Assembly: GCA_964016885.1 (NCBI GenBank)
Contig: OZ024740.1
Coordinates: 341,744,001-341,808,000, forward strand
From: Eledone cirrhosa
Lineage: Eukaryota
DNA length: 64,000 nt
Reading direction: 5' to 3'
Of this stretch, positions 40,340-52,517 are shown piece by piece. The number at the start of each line of letters is the position of its first letter. Position 1 is the first letter of the stretch. The position numbers and the translations under genes are program-made. The notes under the pieces are model-generated. The model saw only the letters and a program-made list of their open reading frames with translations. It was not told the DNA's origin and made no database searches.

Positions 40340-43300
40340 ACTCCTCAGTCTACAGGCGCTTTCACCCACCTTTCAACAAACTTACTAGAAGACAGCACTT
40401 GCCTCTCCACCCTGATTTTCCTCTTCAAGTGAAATTTGAAAAAGTTAATCAGGTATTGGCCGGAGAGGAAAGTGTCCATCTTTAATCCTTTCAACCTTCT
40501 CCACCACACAATCTCTTTCACCATGGCCACCAGGCAGATGAAAACTACCTGCCCTTCCTCGTCTTTAAAGGAGGATGGCGGGGCTATCTGCACAATGAAC
40601 TCAGTCGATAACCAGATCCGTCCTACATGCGACAGCAGCTGTTCGACATAGTCCGCAATCCTCGGGTACTGAACGAGTGCGTGCACGACGGTTTTGTCGC
40701 CCTGCGCACATTTCGGACAGTGCTTATCCCAAACCGGCAACGCTCCCGGTAACACTGCCAGGCCAGGGATTTATGGAAGTTGTCCATAGGCCCGGGCTGA
40801 AAGTTCTCTTGAAGATAGCGAACAGCTGATCGTCTTCGACGCCCAGGGTCTCCCCGAGAATGTCGTCGCTCTTTCCCTCCACTAGCCCTCTAGTGGATAT
40901 TCCACCAATACTAATGCCCAGCTGGTAGAGGGTGGTGAGCACTTGGAGACATTCCAGCTTCCAAGCGCTATCCCTTGGTATTTTCCTGATCCAGGACTGC
41001 AAGCTCCATCAAGGAGACGAGCTGGGTAAAAGCGCGCCTGGCAAACGGTGACCACACCTGTTCACCGTCAAGGAAGCACCAGAGATGTCGCAGCCTCAGC
41101 GCATGTTTGCGCATCATCAGCCACGGCATGCCTAGTCCTCCACGCAACGAGTGTTGACAGCAAATGGATCATCTGACCATGGAAGCACGTCCCTTCCACA
41201 AAAAGCGGAAGAGAAGGCGCTCCATTTTGGTCAGAGTTGGGCGGGGGCAAGGTACGATGGTCAGGCGGTAGCAGATGACAGACGCGATGTACGTATTCGC
41301 CATCTCCTCCCAACCTTTCAGAGACAGCCTCACATTTCTGGGTGAGAGGAGCCACCCTGCTCGTCACCTCACTCCAGTTTTTCTCCATCTGGAGGTCCTG
41401 ACTGAACCAGACCCCGAGCAATTTAACCGGTGCTTCCGTTCAGTGCCCCACGACGCTGTCGGACGGCATGGACTTGCCTCTCCAGGTGTCGAGTTGCAAG
41501 CCCACTGAGTTGCATGCCACTTTTCCTGGTTTATCTTTGTTCCTGTCACCGCTTCGTATTCCTTTAGAGCGGTGCCGAGCATCTGGACGTGTTTGGTGCT
41601 CGACACCACCACGGTGATGTCGTCGACGTAAGTCGACACAGCTCTCCCACATCCCAGTTCGCGTGGGACCCCCCGATCGTCAACAATTTGTGCAGTAACG
41701 GCTCAAGGGCCAATACGTACAAGAGGGACGAGAGGGCACAACCCTGGCGGACTGAGCGCATATTGCTGAACGGCTGCGACAGGTGACCATTCACCCTCAC
41801 AATCGGGCAGATGTCACTGTGCATCGCAGCGATCCAGCCCCTAAAAACGGGTCCGAAGCTGGCTGCCTCGAGGACTGCAGCCAGGTACCGATGGTTGACC
41901 CTATCAAATGCTTTAGATTGATCCAAGTTGATCAGGGCCCCACCCATGCCAGGTTCCTTAACCACCCTCTCTATGAGGTATCGCATGAGATGGAGGTTGT
42001 CGTGGATGGATCTGTCTGGAATGGCGCATGTTTGCGCCTATCCCACCAGATCACCGACGACAAGCGGCAATCATTTTGCTAACACCTTGGCCAAAATCTT
42101 AAACTCTGCGTTTAGCAGAGTTATGGGCCTGAAGTTGTCTATAACGTCCCCCTTGTTCGGGTCTTTTCTCAGCAGCACCACCGCTCCCTGGTTCACAAAA
42201 CTGGGAATGCTCCCGCTCTGCTGCCAGTTGCAATAGACATCTGCCAAGACATCGCTGAACAAGTCTGGCATATATGTATAAAGCTCGTAGGGCAGACCAT
42301 CCAAACCTGGCGATTTACCTCTCATGCAGTCAGACATTGCTTCCCGTATTTCATCTGCTGTTATCGGCCTTTCGCAGCACTGCGATGCGGTCGTCGAGAG
42401 CTGCGGCAGTCCGTCGATGTATGTACAGACATCTGCTCGGGTTTGAGCAACATGCGCCCACTTTGATCAGGCAAAGATCAAATTGGGGCTTTTTTTTCCA
42501 CGTCGCGCCTCAACCACCAAGGCCCATTGAACGCCTTTCGTCCCCTTGTGTCTTAGAGCACGCACTCTAGCTCTAACAATGCAGCCTTCATGCTTTGCGT
42601 TGAAGAATTGGTCGTGTGCCAAAATAGTCGCAAGCACGTCGGTTGCGATGCCTGTTTTAAACGCCTCTTCTAGCTTTCTAACTAACTCTCCCTCTACTCT
42701 ATTTTCCTCTATCATTACTCCTTTGCTAAACCTCATCGATTCTACTCTAATAGCCCTTTTCAGGATAAACCACCACCTGTTGTTGACGATTGAACCCGTC
42801 AATGCATGCTTAACTAATTCGCTAATCCGGTCTCTGTAAGCTTTGCGCGCCAGTAACCGGGCCCTTGCCTATGGAGTCTATCTAAGTCAACTTTACAGGT
42901 CACAAATTTGTGGTCCGTGTAGTCGACTACTTTAAATTGTGGACAACCTACACTAGCCTTATCTGTTTACCTACAGAATACCCTATCTAAATACGATCTG
43001 GATGACCCGTTGCGGTTTGCCCATGTCCACATTGGCACATTCGGATAATCCAGTCTATACCTGTCAGACAGTTCAAAACGTCTGAGCAGGTTGTTGAGGC
43101 TTTTACACCCTCCTGCCCTGTCTACTAGCCCCACATAATCCCAGCGTGCATCTGAGATATCGTTCCAGTTGCCCACTAACACTAAAGGGCGGGACGTTCC
43201 AAGAAAGGTCTCTAGAAGTCAGAAGAAATCTGGCCGTCCTGCTCCTGTTGGGGCATAGACGGCTACTAGCCTGAAAGCATTGCCTTCGCTGCCGGTCACG

Positions 43301-43678
43301 TCCAGCACCACCGACTTATCTTCTGGGTCCAGGAAGATGGCCTGTATGGCGACCCCTACCTCCAATCCTGTACGGCTGGGTGATGCGTATACATCGTAGC
43401 CGCCGAAGATCGGTGTGAAGGCTTGTGCTTCAGAGATTCTGGTCTCGCTGATGGCCAGCACATCTATGTTTAGTGACCTGAGGTCGGTGAGCAGGTGACC
43501 CTGCTTCCAAGAAGACAACAATAAAGACAAATGAGAGGGTAAATCTCATACCCCTCCCCGACCTCTCACAGTCGGACATGGAGTATGAGGCGGCTGAGGA
43601 GTGGAAAACGTTCCTCAGTAGCCAGTATAAATGTATGTGGCCACGTACATTTATACAGCCTATTCTAAGTACGGCCAT
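40340..43678 (-). pseudogene. LINE ORF2: AP endonuclease, reverse transcriptase and C-terminal Zn region, disrupted
   Basis: MAVLRIGCINVRG, IDVLAISETR, LVAVYAP, LVGNWN, TW...SRSYLDR, KSPGLDGLP, NFRPITLLN, LDQSKAFDRV, VRQGCALSSLLY, YVDD, CPKC...H; many frameshifts. Confidence 0.93.
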
Positions 43679-43699
43679 GTTGGATGAGGACGGGGTAAG

Positions 43700-45328
43700 T
43701 GAGAAAGGATCACTTACCTTGATCGTGTGGGGAAGGGACAGTAGAACATTCTCCTCGGCTGGTCATGGGTGTCGCCAAGATGATATCTTTATAGATTCTC
43801 TTGGAGAGTGACCCCTGAAATCGTTTGTAGTCTTCGAGTTCAATTTCCACAATGTTAATATTTTTTGGTAATGTTCTTGGTGTTGGTGGCGTGTGGTAAT
43901 TTACATCTGAAATATCAGTGTGCTGTTTTATATGTTCCATTAGTTCTTGGTGTGCAATGTTTATGGCTGTGTACTTTTTGTGGGGAGGGGTGGTTTTGTT
44001 GCTCTTTTCTTGTTGTTGCTGTTGGGTGTGTGCCTTGTTGTGTTTGCGATGTTGGTGTTTTTGGTGGTGCTGGTGGTGGTGTGGTTGTTGTTGGTGGTGA
44101 TGCTTGTGGTGGTGATGGTGATGGTGGTAGTGTTGCTACAAGTCTCCTTGCAGTCTTTATCCTTCTTTCTTTGCCTTCGCTTTTGGAGGGAGAAGCTACG
44201 GTGTTTTTGCATTTGTTCTTTTTGTTTACAACTGTTTTCCACTCCTCAGCCGCCTCATACTCCATGTCCGACTGTGAGAGATTGGGAAGGGATATGAGAT
44301 CTACCCTCTCATTTGTCTTTGTTGTTGTTGTTGGTGGTGGAGCCTGGTCTGCCGTTCTTGGCATAGGTGCAGCTAGTGCAACTGTTTCTGTTGCTGCAGC
44401 TGCCGTCGCTGTTTTTGTTGTCCATGGTTTTGGTGTGGGTGCCACGGATGTTGTCTTCCTATTCTCTGTAGAAGCTCCCGACTTTTTCGCTAACTGCTCT
44501 GTTTCTGATGGCAGTGGTTCCGGCGTTGGAAGGAGGGGGACCTTGGCCTTTGATATTTTCTGTGGGCAGAAAGCCCTGAGGTGAGACTTCGATCCACAGT
44601 TGAAGCACTTTGGGCGCCTTCCTTCAACAGATATGGGAAGTTGGGAGCTATTCCCGAGGTCTATTACGTTGGGAATAGTGCTGATGCAGTCCTGGTCTGT
44701 TTGGATGAGCATCTCCATTCCAATACCAGACCAGTCCTCTCTCCGCCACCTTCTGTACCTGCAGATTGGTTGTTCTATCCTCGATGCCGCAAGAACAGAC
44801 ACGACCAGCCAAGGCATGGGTATGTAGGGTGGGACCTGGGTTACCTTGAATTTTGCAATTTTTTCCCGCAGTAAAACGGGACTAACGTTATGTCATCACT
44901 CCTTAGGGTCCTCAGTGAGTGCGATTTTGCTTCCTAGGTGGTAGCAAAAAGGACGTCCACAGTTGCATATTTCTTGCCACGGGTGATGTGGGTTTTCCTT
45001 GCCCACACACTTCCCAAAGCCTTCTGGATTTGGGCCTCTGAGGCTTTCTCCACACGACGCGATTTCATGGCAATCGTGCAGTATGACAATGTGCGTCGCT
45101 CTTGTTCCTCCAGGAAGTCGGTTGGTGGTTTCAAGGACACTGAAAATTCAGTTCTGGTTACCACGTGTCTTGCGACTGCCATCTCTTCCTCTGTGATCAT
45201 GACTGTTTCTACGTTGCGAGCTACCTCTGCAAAAGTGATGGTCTCTTTTTCAGTGGCATCATTGTTACCACCGCTACTGCTGTTACTGGTCTTGTTGTTG
45301 TTGCCACTGCTACAAACGGTGTTGTTGG

Positions 45329-45362
<34 letters not shown>

Positions 45363-45610
45363 ACTGCTACCACAGGTGGTGTTGTTAATACTGCCGCTGC
45401 TGTTGCTGTTGCTGCTGCTATTGCTACCTCCTTTGTTGTCAAATGCATCAGCAAGCAGCCGCTTCACGACCGTCGTTTGATGAAGAAGAGAAAGGAGTGG
45501 CGTTCGCCTGACTTTCACTATGTGACGATGAAGAAGACGAAAAGGAAAGCGAGACTCCACTCTGACAGCTGGGCGAAGAAAGAGAAGGTTGAGAAGGATA
45601 CCTTGCTGAA
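43700..45610 (-). pseudogene. LINE ORF1 (gag-like, single CCHC zinc knuckle, Ser/Asn- and Pro/Thr-rich tracts)
   Basis: TFAEVAR motif; CFNCGSKSHLRAFC is C-X2-C-X4-H-X4-C; TAG stop at ~44934 and frameshift near 44860; boundaries approximate. Confidence 0.8.
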
Positions 45611-45870
45611 TGGGTAATTTTTGTGTAGATACATGGCAGAGAAATAGATTTTTTGAATGACACCATTTTTTTTTTTTTTTTTTTGGCGGTACGTATTTGC
45701 TAAACGCAAAGTTCAAATTGGAATTTAGCCCCGAAGGGCTAAATACCGATTAATTCCGACCATTTCAAAAGAAGCCGGATGTGTTTAAACTCAAAACAAT
45801 ATAATTTTTTACAATAAGTTCGCAATAAAAACTGTTCAAAAATCACAAACTTACGGGAACAAAATTTCCC

Positions 45871-45962
45871 ACCCCGTAAGGATGAAAGGCAAAGTTAACC
45901 TTGGAGGGATTTGAACTCTAAGTGTCAAAGCATGGCGTCTGACCCTCTACCAATACTGCCAA
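45871..45962 (-). mobile_element. 5' half of the LINE-interrupted SINE (internally deleted)
   Basis: accccgtaaggatgaaaggcaaagttaacc...gatttgaactc...catggcgtc matches 46050-46163. Confidence 0.88.
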
Positions 45963-45983
45963 TATAATAATAATAATAACAAT

Positions 45984-46166
45984 AATTGTTTCTACTTTAG
46001 GCACAAGGCCAGCAATTACCCAGTACATTACTGGTACTTTATTTTATCGACCCCGTAAGGATGAAAGGCAAAGTTAACCTCGGCGGGATTTGAACTCAGA
46101 ATGGCAAGGGTCGTAACTCAATGCATCAAAGCATGGCGTCCGACCCTCTACCGATACTGCCAATCC
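45984..46166 (-). mobile_element. Intact tRNA-derived SINE with Deu/Nin-like central domain
   Basis: - strand: TGGCAGTATCGGTAG (A box-like), GAGTTCAAATCC (B box), GCCTTTCATCCTTACGGGGTCGATAAAAT..AGTACCAG core, (ATT)n tail; family assignment from memory. Confidence 0.82.
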
Positions 46167-47141
46167 AATAATAATAATAATAATTAAAAAACAAAAGCAA
46201 GAGAACACCAACTAACCAGCAGGAGACCCAGGGAGAGACCCCAAGCAAGATGGTTGAATTTCCCCCATGATCTCAGCTGGTCTCACTTAGGGATTCAGTC
46301 AGATCAGTTGGAGATGGTTGCTTCTGACAGGACCCACTGAAAGGAGTGTTTGAGGACTCTGCCCCCCACGACTCCCTCAGGAATAAATGGGTGAAGAAGA
46401 ATACTAATGTTATTTTGACTAGCAGTGGTTCACTAATTGAGTTATCTCCTCTTGCAAGGGAAAGAATTGAGGAAAAATTGAAAATCTTTTGTTTCTTTTC
46501 TCTTCTCCCACACTATAATTTAAAATATCATGCTTATAAAACTAAATTTAATCTAATTTAATTTATTTACTTATTAACTAGATCATATTGTTTTTATATG
46601 GGTGAGTCTTAATTGAAATGTCTTTGACCATAGGGGTGCTCAGTCAAGGGGGCTAAACAACAACTAAAGTACTATTCAATAGCTTTGCTGACAGCATCCC
46701 TTCAATTGTGGCAATTATTAAATTCATTTAGCAAATAGATTTATGTATTTTTGTTATTTTCTTTAAAATATACATTACACAACAACACAACAATCATTTT
46801 AAGGATATTTTTCCTGCTGAACCAGGGATTAGCCTTGCAAGCCCCATAAGCTTCATACATATTGTGAGGTCTTTTTTGAGGCAATGTTTTACAACTAGTG
46901 GCCCTTCTTGGTCCCTGCCTATATGCAGAAATATGGTGTACCTATTCCAAGCTGGGTAGACATACTCTAATGCTTGGTGCCAATGCTTTTAGTCACCTCT
47001 TATGACATACAAGGATACAGTGTACCTGTTCTAAACTGGATAGATATACTATAATTCCTGCAAAAATATGTTAACTAAATTCTACTTGAAACAATATCTC
47101 CTTGTCATGTTTCCATCCTTGTTTTGTTTTTATCTTTGCAG

Positions 47142-47369
47142 ATGTCAACGAATGTATATTCCCAAAGGTTTTTGAATGTCATCCACACATGATCTGTAAT
47201 GACACACTTAATGGTTATGAATGTAGTCAATGTATCTACGGCTATAATGGTTCTAACTGTGATCAAAGCATTGATGAGTGTGGCCTTGGTGTTTGTCAGA
47301 ATGGTGCCACCTGTACTGATGGACCCAGTCCCTATGACTATACATGTTTATGTACTTCATATTTCAAGG
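47142..47369 (+). CDS. Host exon: two calcium-binding-type EGF repeats
   Basis: tttgcag|AT gives DVNECIFPKVFECHPHMICNDTLNGYECSQCIYGYNGSNCDQSIDECGLGVCQNGATC...YTCLCTSYFK; donor G|gtatga, phase 1. Confidence 0.95.
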
Positions 47370-47805
47370 GTATGAATATAGACTTTTTTTAAAGAATGTA
47401 TTAATGTTTTAAGTATAACATATATTTTATATCATAGGAAGCCTGAAATTAAAACATTGCAATTATTTTAAAACTAAGTTTGTTCACCAATTACAATTAA
47501 TTAGACATTGTTAATTAGAGATCAGGTCAATTCTTTCTAACATTTTGCTTACTAGATACTAAGCTATTTTGGAGATAGGAAGTGTAAGGAAGTGTGTGCA
47601 TGTATGTGTGTGTGTGTGTGCTTGTCTCATCTTTCTCTTCTTCACTCTATGCCTCTTTACACATTTGACATCACAGTTGATGGTGATATTTGTTAATGCT
47701 CCAGATATCCCACTGATCAGGAGTTCAATGTGGGAAGATTTGTATTTTATTTACAATATGAGCTGAGCTAATTTTTCTTTATCAAGTGTTTTCATATTAT
47801 TTCAG

Positions 47806-48093
47806 GCAGAACATGTGCTGAGAAGTTGGAACCATGTTTTGATCCAAACCTATGTAATGCTTACACTACATGTCTTACTGATGGTAAGGAACACTACTGC
47901 CGACCGAAAAGTGGTCATGGGGATCCTGGCTTTCCAACTATTGATTGTAGTAATGACCCTTGCCAAAATGGTGGAAGTTGTGTGAGTAAGAAGAATCAAC
48001 CTGATAGATGTAAATGTGCCTCGAAGTGGATGGGAGAATTTTGTGATATTGAATATCAGCCAACATGTGAACTTTCACCTTGTTTGAATAATG
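47806..48093 (+). CDS. Host exon: EGF repeats (one truncated 4-Cys unit, one full, start of next); GC donor
   Basis: tttcag|GC gives GRTCAEKLEPCFDPNLC...CSNDPCQNGGSC...CKCASKWMGEFC...CELSPCLNN; frame continuity requires G|gcaagt. Confidence 0.92.
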
Positions 48094-49003
48094 GCAAGTA
48101 TATCTTTTTCATTCTTTGTAGGGTTTTATGTATCCTCTAAGTAAATTGTATACAATAGACATCGAATATAATTGAAGGAAATTATGAACAATCTGTGAAC
48201 AAACTACAATTCTTCCATAGAATCAGAAAATGTAGCCAAAATGTCAGTCTGTTTATATCAAGAGTCCCTAAACTTTTTAGAACATCGACCCTTTCATGGA
48301 ATCCTTGATCCCTCATCAAACCCCAGGCATATACAAAAATAAATAAATAATTATTATTTAGTAGATGTACAGTTTCCATGTATATTAGTACGGGAAACTG
48401 TATACTAAACCCTGCTTTCAATATACACCAGTATGGGAAACTGCATACGATACCCTGCAAAACTATTGTTCTGTATACCCCCTCCCCACGATGAATATGT
48501 TTCATGAAATATGAAAAACAAAAAAGACAAACTGTTTACTGTCATAGTGTCAGAGCAGTTTCATGACAAACAGACAATGGCAGGCAGACAGACAAGCTGA
48601 ACTTCTTAGATCCCTATACTATACATGTGTGATACATTTGCATTACCCCTAGTTTTGACACCAAACCCAACATCACTAATAATAATGAGAAAGAAACTTC
48701 ATAATTAATATAGGTAATATCAAATACATTAGAAATAAATTAAGATACCTTTTTTATTGAATTGGTTGACATTATTAATAGGAAGGATGTATTTGATGAG
48801 CATAAGAAAGGACTTTGATATTTGGTTGGAGATTGGTGAGTTTTAGTTGTCACCATGCTCTTCTAGTTTCAGTTTGTTCCTCTGCTTTGTTAGAATTGCA
48901 TTTGCATGGATAAAACCAGCTTCAACCATGTACAAACTTGGGAGTGCAAGTAAAAATGGCTCAATCTCTGCACTAAGCTTGTGGTATTTAGTAACAGTAT
49001 TTA

Positions 49004-49171
49004 CTATATTTCCCGGCGCCGAAGATGCTTCGTCTTCGAGGGCGAACCCTAATTTTGACAACCAAAAATTTGAAAATAACTAATAAACAACCTTCGGCCT
49101 CCAGGACGTATGGTAGATTTTTGAGACTTATTTTAGGAAAAAAGTAGCATCTCTGAAGCCGGAAAATAAGG
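49004..49171. mobile_element. pogo/Tc2-like MITE nested in the hAT transposase
   Basis: TA-CTATATTTCCCGGC...GCCGGAAAATAAGG-TA: imperfect TIRs and TA duplication; interrupts the transposase frame. Confidence 0.7.
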
Positions 49172-49549
49172 TACATTGTTCCAATAGTCACTAAGGCTTT
49201 TATTTCTGAACAATGATTTAGCTTCGAGATCCACACAACGAGTTCTTATTCTAAGTAAAATTCAATGTCTGCATTTTCTATTTTCAACTCAAAAGGGGGA
49301 ACAATCCAGTCGAGTACGTGCATTTCTCCAGGTCCTCAAAACGTACTTTAAAGTCTTCCTTTAATTTATCAAGGTGATTTATATATATCTCCAAATCACA
49401 GTCTGAGATGTTTTCATCTTCTTCCAATTGCCGTAAATTTGAAAGATATTTAAAATGTTTATGTGCCAGTGAAGATTTAGATAACCCTAGTGTGTCTTGA
49501 AAGCTATTAATATTGTTAGGGTTTGGATAATTGTAACCTCTTTACATTA

Positions 49550-49769
49550 GTTACGTCCCTTTACGGTATGAGTTCAAATCCGTCGAGGTTAACCTTGCCT
49601 TTCATCCTTACGGGGTCGATAAAATGAAGTACCAGTAATGTACTGGTTAATTGCTGGCCTTGTGCCAAAAGTAGAAACTATTATTTCTTATACGAAATAA
49701 GGCAGTGAATTGGCAATATCGGTGGAGGGTCGGACGCCATGCTTTGCAGCATAGAGTTACGGCCCTTTT
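49550..49769 (+). mobile_element. Two head-to-tail partial copies of the same tRNA SINE inside the hAT element
   Basis: 49550-49686 is B box, core and tail; 49700-49769 is the head (ggcagtgaattggcaatatcggtggagggtcggacgccatgc); both match the reverse complement of 45984-46166. Confidence 0.8.
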
Positions 49770-50399
49770 GACCCCCAGGCATTTATCGACCCCTTGAAGA
49801 GTCCTATCGATCCCTAGAGGTCAATATCGACCACTTTGTAGACCACTGGTTTATATCCTTTTCAACAAGAAAGCTATTTGCTGAAAGCACCTCTTCAAAA
49901 GTAGCTTTTGGAGTTACTTCCCTTACATCAATTACTTGTTAATCTACCGTAGTGTTGCTTAATTTCTGATTTATAGTATTCGTCTATCATATTGACTGGA
50001 AGTATAATGATCCAAACTATTGTTACTCTCTGATTCTGTCTAAGTTTAATTGGCTTTGATAGGTATTTTCAACTAGTTGAACTCTAGCTGGACATATGAG
50101 TAAAACAATTCACACCTTTAGGTGCCTTTCAGTATTTGCTCCCTACACACTGAGTTCAAATCCCACAGATGGCAACGTTGCATTTCATCCTTTCCAGGTC
50201 AATATAATTTACTACCAATCCATGGCGATGGATTAATGGAATTTTTAAGAATCAGAAGGAATTCCTTTAATCATTTGTTCTGTCTCTTCGTATATTGACT
50301 TCAGATTTTGCTGTGACCTACTTGGGTAGAAGACATAACCCATTGCTCAGTTTAACATCACTACCTGGTCGTTGGGTGCTTTTAACAAAGTCACTCTAT

Positions 50400-51190
50400 G
50401 GCAAACCTTCAAAACAGGTCTCTAGTTTGAGGATACCTTCGTCCAGCTCTCCCACAAAACATTGATACGGAATCTACTAAACATCATAGAAATTTACCAA
50501 CATTTCAACCATCCTCTTACGGAATCACCTATATAACTCACCCACCACACACCCAAAAAAATTTTTTCTCCACACGCCACCTACACCCACAACACGCTTA
50601 AACCCCCCACACACGTGCTTTCCACCACATATTTACACCCTCAGCCTCCTGATTCCTCTCCCCCCCCCTCTATCCACACACGCACAGACACTCCGACCCC
50701 CCCCCCCCCACACACACACCTCTTCCTGAACATGCAACCCCGTTCTTCCCCCAACCCTTACTTTCACATACACACACACACACACACACGTACACCTACA
50801 CACCACCTTCAGCCCTCCTCGCTCGGACACCCCGTCTCCCTCCCCCCACTCCACCCGCCACCACCCCTACACACCCCACACCCTTCCACCACCTGTTTTA
50901 CCCCTTTTTAATTTCAGTTTATTTTGATCATGCTTTTATATTTAATTTTATTTCATTCCTTGTATTTTGATCATGCTTTATTTTTAATTTCATTCGAACC
51001 GTTTCCTTTCGCAATATGTCTCTCCACCACTCCCCCACACACCCTTTGAACTCTGTTCCCACACACTTCTCACCTGAGGAAGGGCTTATGCCCGAAACGT
51101 CGTTCCCCACCACCACCCCACTCTCCAGAGCGTGAAATTAATAAACATTCGTTGTACTGCCTCTCTGTTTTGTTCCTGTTGAAATTTTTC
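50400..51190 (+). mobile_element. Probable 3' end/pLTR remnant of a second PLE family (CA/C-rich UTR)
   Basis: Hammerhead at 51071-51104 followed by AATAAA; upstream frame LIRNLLNIIEIYQH weakly resembles a GIY-YIG C-terminus; boundaries uncertain. Confidence 0.5.
51071..51104 (+). ncRNA. Minimal type-I hammerhead ribozyme
   Basis: (c)ac-CTGAGGA-a-GGGC-ttat-GCCC-GAAAC-GTC-gt(t): intact core, perfect stem II, palindromic ACGT in stem III, GUC cleavage triplet, short stem I. Confidence 0.8.
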
Positions 51191-51282
51191 CATTATATAT
51201 ATATATATATATATACTATATTTACAAACACACACACACACACACATACACACATACATACATACATACATATATATATATA

Positions 51283-52473
51283 CATCATCATCATTTTACA
51301 ACCGCTTTTCCCTGCTTGCAAGGGTAGGACAGGTCCTCTTCAACATAGCATCTCTCCATTCATCACGGTCCCTCATCATCTCTTCTGTGAGCTTTAGCGA
51401 TCTGAGGTCAGCTCTCACCACCTCCGCCCATGTTCTTTTCATGGTCTTCCTCTACTGCATCTTCCTTCCACCGGGATTTCTTGGCACTCCTTCACCCAGC
51501 GGTCATCTTCCATGCACATCACATGGCCATACCAATGCAGTCTTCTCTCATGCACACTACATGTTATCCCTCTTATACACAGTTTCACTCTCAACTCGTC
51601 TATGCTTGGTCGTTCATGCATATTGACATTGCACATCCATCGGAGCATGCTTGCTTCATTTCTCTCCGGCCTTTGCATGTCCTCTGCAGTTGTTGCCCAT
51701 GTCTCACTACCATGCAGCATCGCACATCTCACACAGGCATCATACAACCGACCTTTCATTCTTAGGGAGAAACCCTTCGTTGTCAACAGAGGAAGCAGCT
51801 CTCTAAACTTCTTCCATCCTGTCCTTATTCTAGATACTATGGCCTCGGAGCATCCTCCTCCCTTGCTAAAATTGATCACCTAGATATCTGAAGCTATCAA
51901 CCACCTCTATAGATCCTACCTGCATTTAGAAAATGTGCCTATCACTGACACTTCTACTATTAATTTTCCCTGAGCATTTATTACATATGAAGTTTTCCCT
52001 TCCTGTTAGTTTGCCTGCTATCCCTCTACACCTCTGTGTACTCAAGATCTACATTGTGTACATTCTATAGAGTTTATGCCCTCTCCTTTTCTACATATCG
52101 AACATGGCTATTTCCCTGATGGAATCAGAGTTTTGTCCTCTTTCCTACTTATCAACACTTTAGTCTTTGCTAGGTTTACTCTCAGTCCTCTTGATTTCAA
52201 TTGCTGTTTCCATAGCCGGAATTTATTCTTTAGCTCCTCTACTGATTCTTGTATAAGTACCAGATCATCAGCATAGAGAAGTTCCCATGGGCAGCCAGTC
52301 TTAAACTCCTAGTTTGGAGAACTATAATGAATAAGAGTGGACTGAGGACTGAACCCTAATGAACTCCTACTTGTATCTGGAATTCCTCACTAAACTCCAT
52401 TCCTACTCTCACTTTACTGACAGTTCCTCTGTACATAGCTTGCACTGTCCTTACAAGCCATTCCTCTATACCT
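51283..52473 (-). mobile_element. 5'-truncated RTE-clade LINE (RT C-terminal half, (ATG)n tail)
   Basis: VGVH*GSVLSPLLF, GCPWELLYADDL, SRIRTGWKKFRELL, MLHGSETW, RRLHWYGHV, RSRGRP; - strand tail aaaatgatgatgatg. Confidence 0.9.
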
Positions 52474-52517
52474 AGAATGATGAAATAGGAATTATTTGTA
52501 TTTGTTTTTATTTCTAG

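Larger units (their letters stand above)
40100..45870 (-). mobile_element. Near full-length Tx1/L1-clade LINE copy B (5' UTR, ORF1, APE-RT ORF2), decayed
   Basis: ORF1 with CCHC knuckle, ORF2 with APE and RT motifs in canonical order; right end flanked by accccgt. Confidence 0.92.
48259..49848 (-). mobile_element. hAT (Buster/Charlie-type) DNA transposon, internally deleted, with nested insertions
   Basis: Perfect 8-bp TSD GTTTATAT (48251-58 and 49849-56, central TA); ends CAAGAGTCCCTAAACT and CAGTGGTCTACAAAGT; C-terminal transposase remnant LLALPSLYMVEAGF..NAILTKQRNKL. Confidence 0.88.

Noticed and set aside
43865-45617. Long + strand ORFs rich in Val, Leu or Ala
   Set aside because: Antisense shadows of the low-complexity LINE ORF1
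45984-46166. tRNA gene
   Set aside because: A and B boxes are present but there is no cloverleaf; it is multicopy with a SINE core and tail
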